From: Rhodospirillales bacterium
Lineage (GTDB): Bacteria > Pseudomonadota > Alphaproteobacteria > Rhodospirillales > SHVU01
Length of the DNA stretch: 64,000 nucleotides
Reading direction: 5' to 3'
Assembly (NCBI GenBank): GCA_009691105.1
Contig: SHVU01000006.1
Location: 1,629 to 65,628 of the forward strand
Below the pieces are notes generated by a model, which was not told the DNA's origin, did not search any database, and worked only from the letters and a program-made list of their open reading frames with translations. Of this stretch, positions 29,960 to 40,505 are shown piece by piece. Made by a program: the position numbers and the translations under genes. The first letter of the stretch is position 1; the number at the start of each line of letters is the position of its first letter.

Positions 29960-31714
29960 ATGGCCGATCGTGACACGCCTGGAACGACCCAGGCTCCAAG
30001 CCCCTACCGTGTCCTCGCCCGCAAGTACCGTCCGGCTCGATTTTCCGAGCTGATCGGTCAAGAGGCGATGGTCCGGACGCTGACCAATGCGTTCGCGTCG
30101 GGCCGTCTCGCCCATGCCTTTCTGATGACCGGCGTGCGCGGGGTCGGCAAGACCACGACGGCGCGCATTCTCGCCAAGGCCCTGAACTGCGTCGGACCAG
30201 ACGGCACAGGCGGACCCACCGTCGAACCCTGCGGCGTCTGCGAACCCTGTCGGGCCATTGCCGAAGACCGGCACATGGACGTTCTCGAGATGGACGCCGC
30301 GAGCCGGACCAAGGTCGAGGAAATGCGCGAGCTGCTCGACGGCGTGCGCTATCGTCCGACGTCGGCGCGCTACAAGGTCTACATCGTCGACGAAGTGCAC
30401 ATGTTGTCGCGTCACGCTTTCAACGCGCTTCTCAAAACGCTGGAAGAGCCGCCCGAGCACGTGAAGTTCGTCTTCGCGACGACCGAAGTCCGTAAAATTC
30501 CGGTGACGGTGCTATCGCGCTGCCAACGCTTCGACTTGCGCCGCGTCGATCAGGAAACGCTCGCCCGTCATTTCGCGGGGATTGCCGAGCGCGAAGGGGC
30601 GAAGCTCGCGCCAACGGCGCTGGCCCTCATCGCGCGAGCCTCCGACGGGTCGGTGCGCGATGGCTTGTCGCTCTTGGATCAGGCGATCGCCCATGGATCT
30701 GATCCCGGCGAGATCGGCGAGGACGACGTTCGCCGCATGCTGGGTCTGGCCGACCGGACCCGAGCCTTCGATTTGTTCGAATACGTGATGGGCGGCGATA
30801 TCAAGGCCGGGCTTGCCGTTCTCGACACAGAATACGTTGCCGGCGCCGATCCGGCGCTTCTCATCGAGGATCTGCTCGAACTCGCCCATTGGTTGACCCG
30901 GGTCAAGATCGCGCCCGAGGCTGCCGATGCACCGCATTTGCCGGAGGCCGAGCGGGTGCGCGGTCGGGCTCTCGCCGAGCGCCTGACCATGGCGACGCTG
31001 GCGCGGGCTTGGCAGATGTTGCTCAAGGGCTTGAATGAGATTCACGGCGCGCCGTCGCCATTGCAGTCGGCGGCCATGGTTCTGGTTCGCCTGGCCTATG
31101 CGGCCGAGCTTCCGACGCCGGCCGAGATGGCGCGGGCCGTCGATACGGGATCGGCGCAACCGACACTGGCGGCTCCGAGCCGTGCCGCACCTCCGCCGCC
31201 CAGCCCCCCGGCGAGCCGGGCACCGCGCCGTGGCGGTCCAGGCGCTGAAGCCCACGCCATTCAACCGGCGCCCGAACCGCCTCCGCCGACCACCGGACCG
31301 GAAATGGCGGCGGTTCCCGATCCGACGAGTTTCTCCGATGTTGTCGCGCTCGCCGACGAGCGGCGCGAAGGACTGCTGCACGCCAGCTTGATGAATCATT
31401 TTCATCTGGTCCGCTTCGAGCCCGGCCGGATCGAGTTCCGGCCCACCGACCGCGCTCCGACCGATCTTGCCAACCGCCTGAGCCGTTTTCTGAACGAGCA
31501 GACGGGCCGGCGGTGGGTCGTGATGGTGTCGCAGGATGCCGGCGCCACGACGCTGGCCGACGTCGAAGCCGAGCAGCGCGCACTTGACCAAGCCGATGCG
31601 GCGCGCCATCCCTTGGTGCAAGCCATCCTCGGCGTTTTTCCCGGGGCTCGCGTCGAACGCGTCAACAAGATCGCACCGGTCGAAGCTCCGCTCGACGAAC
31701 CCCGGGACGAGTGA
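29960..31714 (+). CDS. dnaX: DNA polymerase III subunit gamma/tau
   Basis: 584 aa. YRVLARKYRP, Walker A GVRGVGKTTTARILAK, Zn module CGVCEPC, and SRCQRFDL. Confidence 0.95.
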   Translation: MADRDTPGTTQAPSPYRVLARKYRPARFSELIGQEAMVRTLTNAFASGRLAHAFLMTGVRGVGKTTTARILAKALNCVGPDGTGGPTVEPCGVCEPCRAIAEDRHMDVLEMDAASRTKVEEMRELLDGVRYRPTSARYKVYIVDEVHMLSRHAFNALLKTLEEPPEHVKFVFATTEVRKIPVTVLSRCQRFDLRRVDQETLARHFAGIAEREGAKLAPTALALIARASDGSVRDGLSLLDQAIAHGSDPGEIGEDDVRRMLGLADRTRAFDLFEYVMGGDIKAGLAVLDTEYVAGADPALLIEDLLELAHWLTRVKIAPEAADAPHLPEAERVRGRALAERLTMATLARAWQMLLKGLNEIHGAPSPLQSAAMVLVRLAYAAELPTPAEMARAVDTGSAQPTLAAPSRAAPPPPSPPASRAPRRGGPGAEAHAIQPAPEPPPPTTGPEMAAVPDPTSFSDVVALADERREGLLHASLMNHFHLVRFEPGRIEFRPTDRAPTDLANRLSRFLNEQTGRRWVVMVSQDAGATTLADVEAEQRALDQADAARHPLVQAILGVFPGARVERVNKIAPVEAPLDEPRDE

Positions 31715-31771
31715 CGCTCGTTCATTCGATCGACGACGGATGGCGACAAGCAAAATACGAAAGCACGCAGA

Positions 31772-32671
31772 ATGACAAAGCCGGACCAACTTCCCGAGGA
31801 CGAAGCGCCGCGAATCAAACCGAAGGACCTGCTGCGCATCGCCGGCTTTCCAGCGGTGAAAGCGCTGTTTGAAACGATGCCGCAGCGCGTCGAGCGTCTG
31901 TTCTTCGATCAACGGATGACGACGCGGATCGGTGCGTTCTGTGCGCAATTGGCCCGCGCCCGCAAACCCTATCGCCGCGTGAAACCCGACGAGCTCGAGA
32001 AGATCTCCGGCAGTGTCATGCACGGCGGCGTGGTCGCCTTGGCGCGGCCTCGGCCCGTGCCGGTGCTGGACCCGACCGAGATCGCAAACTGGGCGCTCGA
32101 CGGCCAGCCTTTGCTGTTGCTGGACGGGATCGGCAATCCGCACAACCTCGGCGGCATCGCACGGACCGCGGCGTTCTTCGGACTTCCCCGGATGGTGCTG
32201 TCCGATCACCCGGCCCAGGCCGGTCCGTCGGACGCGAGCTACCGCATTGCCGAGGGCGGACTGGAGTATCTCGATCTTTATCGCGGCGCGCCGTTCGTGC
32301 CGACGCTGCAGCAGCTCCGTCAAAGCTACCGTGTCATCGGTTCTGCCACCGAAGGCGGCCGTCCGCTCCGCGAGGTGCGGTCCGGCGACCGACCGATCGC
32401 CTTGGTGCTCGGCAACGAAGAGCGCGGCTTGTCACGCGAGACACTCGACGCCTGCGAGGACATCGTGACCATTTCCGGTGCCGGGCACGTCCAATCGTTG
32501 AACGTCGCCGCCACCGCGGCGATCTTTCTCCAGGCGCTGGCCAAGCCGAAGGCGGAGAGGTTCGCGAAACGGCACCGCCCGAATCCCGTTCCACCGCGCG
32601 AACCACCGAAACCGGAAGCGCCGCGGCCCCGGCTCGGCTTGCGCGGACGCGTCGACGCGCCGACCCGCTGA
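31772..32671 (+). CDS. TrmH/SpoU family RNA 2'-O-methyltransferase
   Basis: 299 aa. SpoU motifs LLLDGIGNPHNLGGIARTA, LVLGNEERGLS and IPM-type ISGAGHVQSLNVAATAAI. Basic Pro-rich C-terminal tail. Confidence 0.85.
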   Translation: MTKPDQLPEDEAPRIKPKDLLRIAGFPAVKALFETMPQRVERLFFDQRMTTRIGAFCAQLARARKPYRRVKPDELEKISGSVMHGGVVALARPRPVPVLDPTEIANWALDGQPLLLLDGIGNPHNLGGIARTAAFFGLPRMVLSDHPAQAGPSDASYRIAEGGLEYLDLYRGAPFVPTLQQLRQSYRVIGSATEGGRPLREVRSGDRPIALVLGNEERGLSRETLDACEDIVTISGAGHVQSLNVAATAAIFLQALAKPKAERFAKRHRPNPVPPREPPKPEAPRPRLGLRGRVDAPTR

Positions 32672-32721
32672 GCGTGCTATAAAAATCGCAGCGCCGCACT
32701 TACGCGGCCCGAGGACAGGTC

Positions 32722-33042
32722 ATGGTCAACTTTAGCCAGATGATGAAGCAGGCCCAGGAGCTTCAGGCCAAGATGGCGGCCGTCCAAGAAAAGCTCGGCC
32801 AGATCGAAGTCACCGGCAGTTCGGGCGGCGGGATGGTCAAAGTCACGCTGTCGGGCAAAGCCGAAGCCCGTAAGGTCAAGATCGATCCATCGCTGATGAA
32901 CGGCGCCGAGATCGAGGTGCTGGAAGATCTTCTGGTCGCCGCCGTCAACGACGCCAAGTCCAAGGTCGAGGCCGAAGTGGCGAAGGAAATGTCCGACGTC
33001 ACCGGCGGTCTCAAGCTGCCGCCCGGTTTCCTGCCGGGCTAG
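32722..33042 (+). CDS. ybaB: nucleoid-associated protein YbaB/EbfC
   Basis: 106 aa. MMKQAQELQAKM...GGGMVKVTLSGK...D.EVLEDLLVAAVNDA. Confidence 0.93.
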   Translation: MVNFSQMMKQAQELQAKMAAVQEKLGQIEVTGSSGGGMVKVTLSGKAEARKVKIDPSLMNGAEIEVLEDLLVAAVNDAKSKVEAEVAKEMSDVTGGLKLPPGFLPG

Positions 33043-33091
33043 CTGACGGTTGCTTTTGCGACGGTTCATCACCGCGGCCTGATGCGACGCC

Positions 33092-33679
33092 ATGTCCCCG
33101 CTCGAACAGCTCATTCAACTTCTCGCCAAGCTCCCAGGCCTTGGGCCGCGCTCGGCGCGCCGTGCCGCGCTGCATTTGATCAAGCGGCGGGAAGCCCTGC
33201 TTCTGCCGTTGATTGACGCGGCGGCCGAAGCGGCGCGCGCCGTCAAAGCCTGTGCGACCTGCGGCAATCTGGATTCGCAAGATCCCTGCGCCATCTGCGC
33301 CGATCCCCGGCGTGATCCCACGGCGCTCTGCGTGGTTGAGGATGTTGCCGATCTCTGGGCGCTGGAACGGACCGGATCGTTCCGCGGCCGCTATCACGTT
33401 CTGGGCGGAACGCTCTCGGCCCTCGATGGAGTCGGTCCCGACGAATTGCGGATTCCGGCGCTCGTGACCCGGGCCCGTCCGCCGGAGATCACCGAAGTCA
33501 TTCTCGCGACCGGAGCGACGGTCGATGGCCAGACGACGGCGCACTACATCGCCGAGCGTCTCGCCGCATCTGGCATCGCCGTGACGCGGATCGCTCACGG
33601 CGTGCCCTTGGGTGGTGAACTCGACTATCTCGATGACGGAACGCTGATCGCCGCTCTCAAAGCACGCCGGCCGCTCTAG
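33092..33679 (+). CDS. recR: recombination protein RecR
   Basis: 195 aa. [11 protein letters not shown] helix-hairpin-helix, zinc finger C.TCGN....PC.IC, and a Toprim region. Confidence 0.95.
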   Translation: MSPLEQLIQLLAKLPGLGPRSARRAALHLIKRREALLLPLIDAAAEAARAVKACATCGNLDSQDPCAICADPRRDPTALCVVEDVADLWALERTGSFRGRYHVLGGTLSALDGVGPDELRIPALVTRARPPEITEVILATGATVDGQTTAHYIAERLAASGIAVTRIAHGVPLGGELDYLDDGTLIAALKARRPL

Positions 33680-34335
33680 GCGAACAACACGAGATCGATT
33701 GCGTAGTGGGCGCCGATCGCGGGCAGCAGCGAGCGGGTTCGCCGCACCACGATCATCAGAAGAAGTCCCGCGATGAAGGCATCGGCGATGCTGGCGACGC
33801 CGTGCGACCAGTGAATGAGCCCGAACGCGAAAGAGCTTGCGATCAGTATCAGTCCCGGCCGCCACCCCAGCGCCAGGAGAAGGCAGGGGAGCAGAGCGCG
33901 ATAGAGAATTTCTTAGGTAAACGCCGTGAGGCCGAGGCCGAAGCTGAGATCGACGGCGCGGAGCCAGCCCGATTCGATGACCGGATAGAAGAACATTTCG
34001 GTTCGCGGAAAGGCATACGCGATCCATGGCTTCAGCAGCGTGGTGGACGCGAGCGCCAGCAGGACGACGCCAACCATCCACGCTGTAGCTTTCCACCAGG
34101 ATATAGGTGGTTTCATCGCCTGTGAAACCGCGTCGCGTAAGTCGGGATGCCAGAGAACAATAGCGAGCGGCAGGATCTTGCTCGCGTAATCGACTGTCAG
34201 CCATTCGGCGACCGTGTCGACCCGCATGAAAGCGAGGTCGTTCAGAAATCCCGGAGCCAGCGCCAGCAGCAGAAAGCCAGTCGCCGATCGCGACCATTGA
34301 AAGTGTGAGTCCGGTGTCGACGGGGTCAGGTTCAT
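33676..34335 (-). pseudogene. CPBP family intramembrane glutamic endopeptidase (CAAX protease-like) with in-frame TAA at 33913..33915
   Basis: ORF 33913..34335 ends ...GLGLTAFT*. The same frame continues EILYRALLP...FAFGLIHWSHG...[13 protein letters not shown] to 33676. The stop replaces the first Glu of the catalytic EExxxR motif. The FxxxH and HxxxD motifs are intact downstream. Confidence 0.85.
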
Positions 34336-34366
34336 GACGTCTCCCGCGATGGTCGACGGCGCTTCT

Positions 34367-35395
34367 TTAGGACCCTGTCTTCAGTTGCGGCGCCGGGGTC
34401 GGTTCTTCGACGGCCGGATTGTCGAGTTCGACCTCGCCGATCTTCGCGGCGCGCTTTTCGACCTTGTCTGTCGAAATCTGCAACTCGTGGACGTCTTTGA
34501 CCGCCATCGAGAAATGCTTTTCCAGATTGTCGGCGCGCTCGGCGACGCGGCGGACGTCGACGAGAAGGATCTCGACCTCTTTCTGGATGAGGCCGGCTTG
34601 CTCGCGCATCTTGGCGTCCTTGAGCAGCGAGCGAATGGTGAAGAGCACGGCCCAAAGCGTTGTTGGCGAGACGATGGCGACGCGGCGCCGGTGCGACTCG
34701 TCGATGACGGCGCGGAAGTTGGTGTGAAGTTCGGCGTAGATCGCCTCGGATGGCAGAAACATCACGGCCCATTCGGCGGTCTCGCCGGCGACGATGTAAC
34801 GCTCAGAAATGTCCTTCAGATGTTTCACTAGATCGGCGGCGAACGCGCGCGCCGCTACTGTCGTTTCGGCGTCGGACTTGGCGGCACGCAGCGCGGCATA
34901 GCCTTCCAGCGGAAACTTGGCGTCGACCGCGATCAGGCCAGGGGGACCGGCGAGTTTCAGGACGCAATCGGCGCGTTTGCCGTTGCCGAGGGTTGCTTGG
35001 AACTCATAGGCCGACGGCGGCAACGCCTTCTCGACCAAGTCCTTGAGCTGGATTTCGCCGAACGCGCCGCGGGCCTGCTTGTTGGACAGGATGTCCTGCA
35101 GCCCGACGACCTGGGTCGAGAGCTCGGTGATGTTCTTCTGAGCCGCGTCGATGACGGCGAGCCGCTCCTGGAGGGCAGTGAGGTGCGTCGTCGTCGTCCG
35201 GGATTGTTCGGTAAGGCCGTCGTTCAAGCGCCGGGACACGGCGTCGAGGCGGTCTTCGAGGGTTTTGGTGAGTTGGCCTTGGGCCGCGGCGTGGCCGAGC
35301 CCGAGCTGGCTCAGCCGCCCAAGAAGCAGGGCGAGCACGACCAAAACGGCGACCAAGAGGACGACAATGGCAACCGAAACGACGCCGACATCCAT
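34367..35395 (-). CDS. rmuC: DNA recombination protein RmuC
   Basis: 342 aa. N-terminal TM helix, coiled-coil region, and the conserved core RADCVLKL...AVDAKFPLE...VMFLPSEA. Confidence 0.9.
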   Translation of the reverse strand: MDVGVVSVAIVVLLVAVLVVLALLLGRLSQLGLGHAAAQGQLTKTLEDRLDAVSRRLNDGLTEQSRTTTTHLTALQERLAVIDAAQKNITELSTQVVGLQDILSNKQARGAFGEIQLKDLVEKALPPSAYEFQATLGNGKRADCVLKLAGPPGLIAVDAKFPLEGYAALRAAKSDAETTVAARAFAADLVKHLKDISERYIVAGETAEWAVMFLPSEAIYAELHTNFRAVIDESHRRRVAIVSPTTLWAVLFTIRSLLKDAKMREQAGLIQKEVEILLVDVRRVAERADNLEKHFSMAVKDVHELQISTDKVEKRAAKIGEVELDNPAVEEPTPAPQLKTGS

Positions 35396-35498
35396 GACCG
35401 GACCTTAGTCCAGCCCCCGGCCCTTGGCCATCCTTGACGCCAGCCGGGCGAGGACTTATCTCGTTTCCAGAATGTCAAAAGGCTCGAGGCCTAAGCCC

Positions 35499-36023
35499 AT
35501 GGCGGTTCGTCCGATTCTGATCGCTCCCGATCCCCGGCTCAAGGTGGTGTGCACCCCTGTCGAGCGGGTGGATGGCGACGTCCGCCGCTTGGCAGACGAC
35601 ATGCTGGAGACGATGTATGCGTCCGAGGGCATCGGGTTGGCGGCGCCGCAGATCGGCGTATCGCGGCGCGTTATCGTGGCCGACTGTGCGCGGACCGGTG
35701 AAAAGCCCGCCCCCATGGTTTTGATCAATCCGACGATCACGTGGGAATCCGAGGACGAAGTCTCGGCGTCAGAAGGTTGCCTGTCGTTTCCGGAATATTT
35801 CGGCGATGTGGCCCGTCCGGCGTCGGTCAAGGTTCGCTATCTCGACCGCGACGGCCGCAGCCAGGAGATCGAGGCCAAGAATTTGCTCGCCGTCTGCATT
35901 CAGCACGAGATGGACCATCTCGACGGCGTGCTGTTAGTCGATCATCTGTCGGCGTTGAAGCGCCGGATCATTCTGCGCAAGCTGACGAAGATGAAGCGCG
36001 CTCAAGAGCCGGTCGCCGTCTGA
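35499..36023 (+). CDS. def: peptide deformylase
   Basis: 174 aa from ATG 35499 ([15 protein letters not shown]). Motifs [17 protein letters not shown] and QHEMDHL. The track ORF starts earlier, at 35424. Confidence 0.93.
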   Translation: MAVRPILIAPDPRLKVVCTPVERVDGDVRRLADDMLETMYASEGIGLAAPQIGVSRRVIVADCARTGEKPAPMVLINPTITWESEDEVSASEGCLSFPEYFGDVARPASVKVRYLDRDGRSQEIEAKNLLAVCIQHEMDHLDGVLLVDHLSALKRRIILRKLTKMKRAQEPVAV

Positions 36024-36069
36024 TCGACCCTCCGGTGGGTCTTCGCCCTCTGACCGTTACGGCCCCGCC

Positions 36070-36996
36070 ATGACGCTTCGCCTCATTTACATGGGAAGCC
36101 CGACGTTCGCGGTCGGCATTCTCGACTCGCTGCTAGCGGCGGGGCACGAGGTTGTCGCTGTCTACGCTCAGCCGCCGCGTCCCGCGGGCCGCGGCTTGGC
36201 TGAGCGAAAATGTCCGGTGCATGTCTTCGCCGAAAGCCGGGGTCTTACGGTCCGGACGCCACGACATCTGCGCGAGCCCGCTGAGCAGTCGGCCTTCGCG
36301 TCGCTTGGCGCCGATCTCGCCATCGTCGCGGCCTGCGGTCTGATCTTGCCGAAGCCGGTGCTGGAGGCGCCGCGTCTCGGCTGCATCAATGTCCATGCGT
36401 CGCTGTTGCCGCGGTGGCGCGGTGCGGCGCCGATCCAGCACGCGATCCTCGCTGGCGATGCGACGACCGGGGTCACCATCATGCAGATGGACCCGGGCCT
36501 CGACACCGGACCGATGCTGCTCACCGAAACCGTGCCGATTGCCAGCGACACGACGGCCGCCGCTCTTGAGGAGACTTTGGCTCAGGTCGGGGCCAGGCTT
36601 GTCGTTCGCGCCATCGACGAACTTGCCGCCGGCCACCTCACCGCGACGCCGCAGCCGGCCACGGGCGCGACCTATGCGAGCAAGCTCACCTCGGAGATCG
36701 GTCGGCTGGACTGGACGCAACCGGCGGTGGATCTTGCGCGCCGCATTCGAGCCCTGAACCCGGCGCCCGGCACCTGGTTCGAACATCAGAAGCAGCGGAT
36801 CAAGGTTCTCGCCGCCGAGGTTGAGCCCGGCCGGACCGCCTCTCCGCCCGGCACCTATCTTGGCGATGGGTTCGTCATTGCCTGCGGCGATGGGGCTCTA
36901 CGCCTCACGCTCGTGCAGCGCGCCGGCCGTGCTGCGATCGCCGCCGAGGAATTCCTGCGCGGCTTTCGCGTCGCGCCGGGGATGCATCTCGGCTAA
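36070..36996 (+). CDS. fmt: methionyl-tRNA formyltransferase
   Basis: 308 aa. [32 protein letters not shown] and [14 protein letters not shown]. Confidence 0.95.
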   Translation: MTLRLIYMGSPTFAVGILDSLLAAGHEVVAVYAQPPRPAGRGLAERKCPVHVFAESRGLTVRTPRHLREPAEQSAFASLGADLAIVAACGLILPKPVLEAPRLGCINVHASLLPRWRGAAPIQHAILAGDATTGVTIMQMDPGLDTGPMLLTETVPIASDTTAAALEETLAQVGARLVVRAIDELAAGHLTATPQPATGATYASKLTSEIGRLDWTQPAVDLARRIRALNPAPGTWFEHQKQRIKVLAAEVEPGRTASPPGTYLGDGFVIACGDGALRLTLVQRAGRAAIAAEEFLRGFRVAPGMHLG

Positions 36997-37072
36997 AGAG
37001 AGGTATCCGACCCGAGCCTCAGTGTCGCCCGCGATTTTCGTCTAGAAAGCGGGCATCGACCGGAGGGCGCGC

Positions 37073-38365
37073 ATGGATCTCTACGAGCTGATGTCTCGTT
37101 TTGGCGCGGCTCTCGGCGTCGGGCTGGTGTTCGGTCTCGAACGCAGCTGGCAAAACCGCGACGCCGGCCCCGGCACGCGCACCGCCGGTATCCGCACGTT
37201 CACGATCTCGGGCTTGCTGGGCGGCGTTGTCGGCGCCTTGGCCATGGTCAGTGGCGGCCCGATGACTCTCGGTGGCGGACTGATCGTTGGTTTAGGGTTC
37301 GCCGCTTTTGTCGGCACCATGGCTCTCTTTTTCCAGGAGGAGAACCGCGCCGACGAAACGTACTCGGCGACGTCGTTCGTCACCGCGATGCTGACCTTCG
37401 CGCTCGGCGCGTACGCACTGATCGGCGATATCCGAGTCGCGGGGGCGGTCGCGGTTGTCAGCGCCGGCCTTCTCGCGGCCCGGGAAAATCTTCACAGCTG
37501 GATCAAACACCTGACGTGGCCGAAGCTGCGCTCGGCCTTGGTTCTCTTGGCGATGAGCGTTGTCGTCTTGCCGCTTGTCCCAAACGAGGACATCGGACCG
37601 TTCGGCGGGGTCAATCCACGCGAGATCTGGATCATCGCTATCGTCCTCGCCGCCATTTAGTTCTTCGGCTACATCGCGGCGAAATTCTTCGGCGACCGAT
37701 GGGGTCTTCTGGTGGCCGGCGCGGCCGGGGGGCTCGCCTCGTCGACGGCGGTGACTATCGCCAATGCCCGCCAAGCCGTTACGCAAAAGGGTCCGACCTA
37801 TCTTCTGTCGGCCGGGGTAGCTCTGGCGACAGAGGTCAAGTTTCTGCGGATCGGTGGCATCGTTGTTGTCATTAAGCCTGAGCTTCTCATCTTGGTGGCG
37901 GCGGCATTGTTAGCGGCGACCCTGGCTGCGGTTGGTTACGACCTCGTCGCCGCTTTTTGGCTCGGCGCGGGAAGTCGTGCGTCGCAACGGATCAAATTCC
38001 GCAATCCGTTCGATCTTCCGGCGGTCCTCGGCTTTGCCGTGTTGCTCGCCGTCGTCATCGTGATCGGCCGAGTCGTGGGCGAGAGCTTCGGCGGAACAAC
38101 CGCCATTCTCGGCGCTGCGGTCATGGGGGTTGTCGACATCGACGCGACAACCATCGCGACGGCGCGATTGGTGCCGAAGCCGCTGGATGCCTTGACGGCA
38201 AGCTTCGCGATTCTGCTAGCGGTCACGACCGACACGGTGACTAAGATCGCGATCGGTGCGGTTCTCGGTCATGGGCGTTTCGCCGCTGAGATTTAGCTGA
38301 TGGCGCTCGGCTGTTTCATTGCCGGCGGCGCCGCGCTCTGGGCCACCGTGCTCGTGGCGGCTTAG
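37073..38365 (+). pseudogene. MgtC/SapB-family plus DUF4010 membrane protein, interrupted by in-frame TAG at 37658..37660 and probably a second TAG at 38294..38296
   Basis: ORFs 37073..37660 and 37712..38296 share a frame. Reading across gives ...IAIVLAAI*FFGYIAAKFFGDRWGLLVAGAAGGLASSTAVT..., continuous with the DUF4010 consensus (GGLvSSTAvT). After the second TAG the frame continues with a TM-like [22 protein letters not shown]. Total is about 430 codons, the usual family length as I recall it. Confidence 0.8.
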
Positions 38366-40470
38366 CCTTTGGGTCGTCCGGTCATTTGCAGGACGAAGGC
38401 GTAGACCAACGCGACTTCTTCCAGGCGATCGAAGCGCCCCGAGGCGCCGCCATGCCCGGCGTCGAGATTGATCTTGAGGAGCGCCGGGTTTTCGCTCGTG
38501 GTCGCATCGCGAAGCGCCACCACCCATTTCGCCGGCTCCCAATACGTCACGCGCGGATCGGTCAGCCCGGCCGTGGCCAGGATCGCCGGATAGGCTTGGG
38601 GCCGGATGTTGTCGTAAGGCGAATAGGCCAGCATGTAGCGATAGGCCGCCGCGTCGGTGATCGGGTTGCCCCATTCGGTCCATTCCGGCGGAGTCAGCGG
38701 CAAGGTCGCGTCGGCCATGGTGGTGAGCACGTCAACGAACGGAACTTCGCCGACGATGGCCCGGAATAAGTCGGGCCGTTCGTTCACCGATCCGCCGACG
38801 ACGATGCCGCCGGCGCTGGCGCCGTGCGCCGAGATGGATCCGGCTCGCGTGTAGCCGGCCGCGATCAACCCCTCGGCGGCAGCGATGAAGTCGCGGATGG
38901 TGTTGCGCTTCGCCATCAGTTTGCCGTCGCGGTACCAGCGATAGCCGCGATCCATGCCGCCGCGCACATGGGCGATGGCATAGACGAAGCCGCGATCGAT
39001 CAGCGAGAAGCGGTTGGCGGAGAACGACGCGGGCATGGCGTAGCCGTACGCGCCGTAGCCATACAGTAGCAGGGGTGCCGCGCCGTCGAGCTTTAGGCCG
39101 CGGCGGTGGACCAGTGAGATCGGAACCTGTTCGCCGTCGTGGCTTGGCACCAGAATCCGGCGGGTGACATAGGCGGCAGGGTCGTGGCCGCTCGGGATCT
39201 CCTGCTCCTTGCGAAGAACCCGCGTTCTTGTCGCCAGGTCGTAATCGAAGGTGCGCGGCGGCGTCGCCAGCGAGCTGTAGGTGAAGCGTAGCGTATCGGT
39301 CGCGAACTCATAGCCGCTGAGAAGGCCAAGCTCATAAGCCGCTTCATCAAATGTGATGGCGTGCTCGGCGCCGTCGCTTAAGCGGCGGACGACGATGCGC
39401 GGCAACCCGTCCTCGCGTTCCAGCCGCACCAGCCAATCGTGGAACAAAAGGATTGAGCGAATGAGCCGGCCCGGGCGATGCGCCACCACGTCTCGCCAAT
39501 TCTCGCGGCCGGGTCGGGCGATGGGCGTTTCGACGATCTTGAAGTCTTCGGCGTCGCCGACGTTGGTCCGGATCACGAACCTCTCGCCAATGTGGCTGAC
39601 TTCGTAGTCGACGTCGGCCTGGCGGGCCTGGATCAGACGCGGCGCTTGGTCGGGAACGTCGGCGTCGATGACATGGATCTCGGCCGTTGCGTGGTCGTGG
39701 GTGGCGATGACGACGAAGCCGCGACTTTCCGTCTTGTCGACGCTGACGTAGAAACCCGGATCGCGCTCGGCGTAGACCAAGGCGTCCTCGCGGCGGTCGG
39801 TGCCGAGGCGGTGGCGGAAGACCCGGTTTGGCCGATGGTGTTCGTCGACGACCGTATAGAAAACTGTTTGGCCGTCGTTCGCCCAGACGACATCGCCGCG
39901 GGCCTCGACAAGTTCGTCGGGAAGTTTGGCGCCGGTCGCGACATCGCGAAACCGGATCGTGAAAAGCTCGGCGCCGGACCGATCGGCAGCATAGGCAAGC
40001 AAGCGATGGTCGGGACTATGGTCGGCCCCGGCAATGCGAAAGAATTTCGTACCCTGAGCTTCCTTGTCGCCGTCGAGCAGAACTTCTTCGGGAGCGCCGC
40101 TGTCGAGCCGGCGCCGGCAGAAGATCGGATGCTGCCCGCCGGTCACATAGCGTTGGTAGTACGCGAAGGCTCCATCGATTGCCGGCACGGTGGAATCGTC
40201 TTCTTTGATGCGGGCCTTGAGCTCGGCCAGCAGCGTGCGGCGCAGGTCCGCCGAGGGCGCCAGAACCGCTTCGGCATAGGTGTTTTCGGCTTCCAGATGG
40301 GCCTGAATATCCGGCGTCAGCGGCTTGGTGCCGCGCAGGACCTTGTCCCAATCGTCGTCGCGCAGCCAGGCGTAGGGGTCCTCGCGGACGTGATCGTGGG
40401 CGCTCAGGCGGGACGGGCGATGGGGCGGGCGGGGCGGGTTCATGACCGGCATCATAGCGCTGCGCGGCAC
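38362..40470 (-). CDS. ptrB: S9 family serine peptidase, oligopeptidase B-like
   Basis: 702 aa. N-terminal beta-propeller region (DPYAWLRDD) and a C-terminal catalytic domain with the GASAGG nucleophile elbow ([10 protein letters not shown]). Confidence 0.88.
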   Translation of the reverse strand: MPRSAMMPVMNPPRPPHRPSRLSAHDHVREDPYAWLRDDDWDKVLRGTKPLTPDIQAHLEAENTYAEAVLAPSADLRRTLLAELKARIKEDDSTVPAIDGAFAYYQRYVTGGQHPIFCRRRLDSGAPEEVLLDGDKEAQGTKFFRIAGADHSPDHRLLAYAADRSGAELFTIRFRDVATGAKLPDELVEARGDVVWANDGQTVFYTVVDEHHRPNRVFRHRLGTDRREDALVYAERDPGFYVSVDKTESRGFVVIATHDHATAEIHVIDADVPDQAPRLIQARQADVDYEVSHIGERFVIRTNVGDAEDFKIVETPIARPGRENWRDVVAHRPGRLIRSILLFHDWLVRLEREDGLPRIVVRRLSDGAEHAITFDEAAYELGLLSGYEFATDTLRFTYSSLATPPRTFDYDLATRTRVLRKEQEIPSGHDPAAYVTRRILVPSHDGEQVPISLVHRRGLKLDGAAPLLLYGYGAYGYAMPASFSANRFSLIDRGFVYAIAHVRGGMDRGYRWYRDGKLMAKRNTIRDFIAAAEGLIAAGYTRAGSISAHGASAGGIVVGGSVNERPDLFRAIVGEVPFVDVLTTMADATLPLTPPEWTEWGNPITDAAAYRYMLAYSPYDNIRPQAYPAILATAGLTDPRVTYWEPAKWVVALRDATTSENPALLKINLDAGHGGASGRFDRLEEVALVYAFVLQMTGRPKG

Positions 40471-40505
40471 AATATGAGATACAGGACCGAGGCGCGCACC
40501 CCTCG

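Noticed and set aside
29960-31714. Programmed -1 frameshift site in dnaX (A AAA AAG type) producing the gamma subunit.
   Set aside because: I did not see an A-rich slippery heptamer in the gene on reading the sequence. Nothing supports a frameshift product here.
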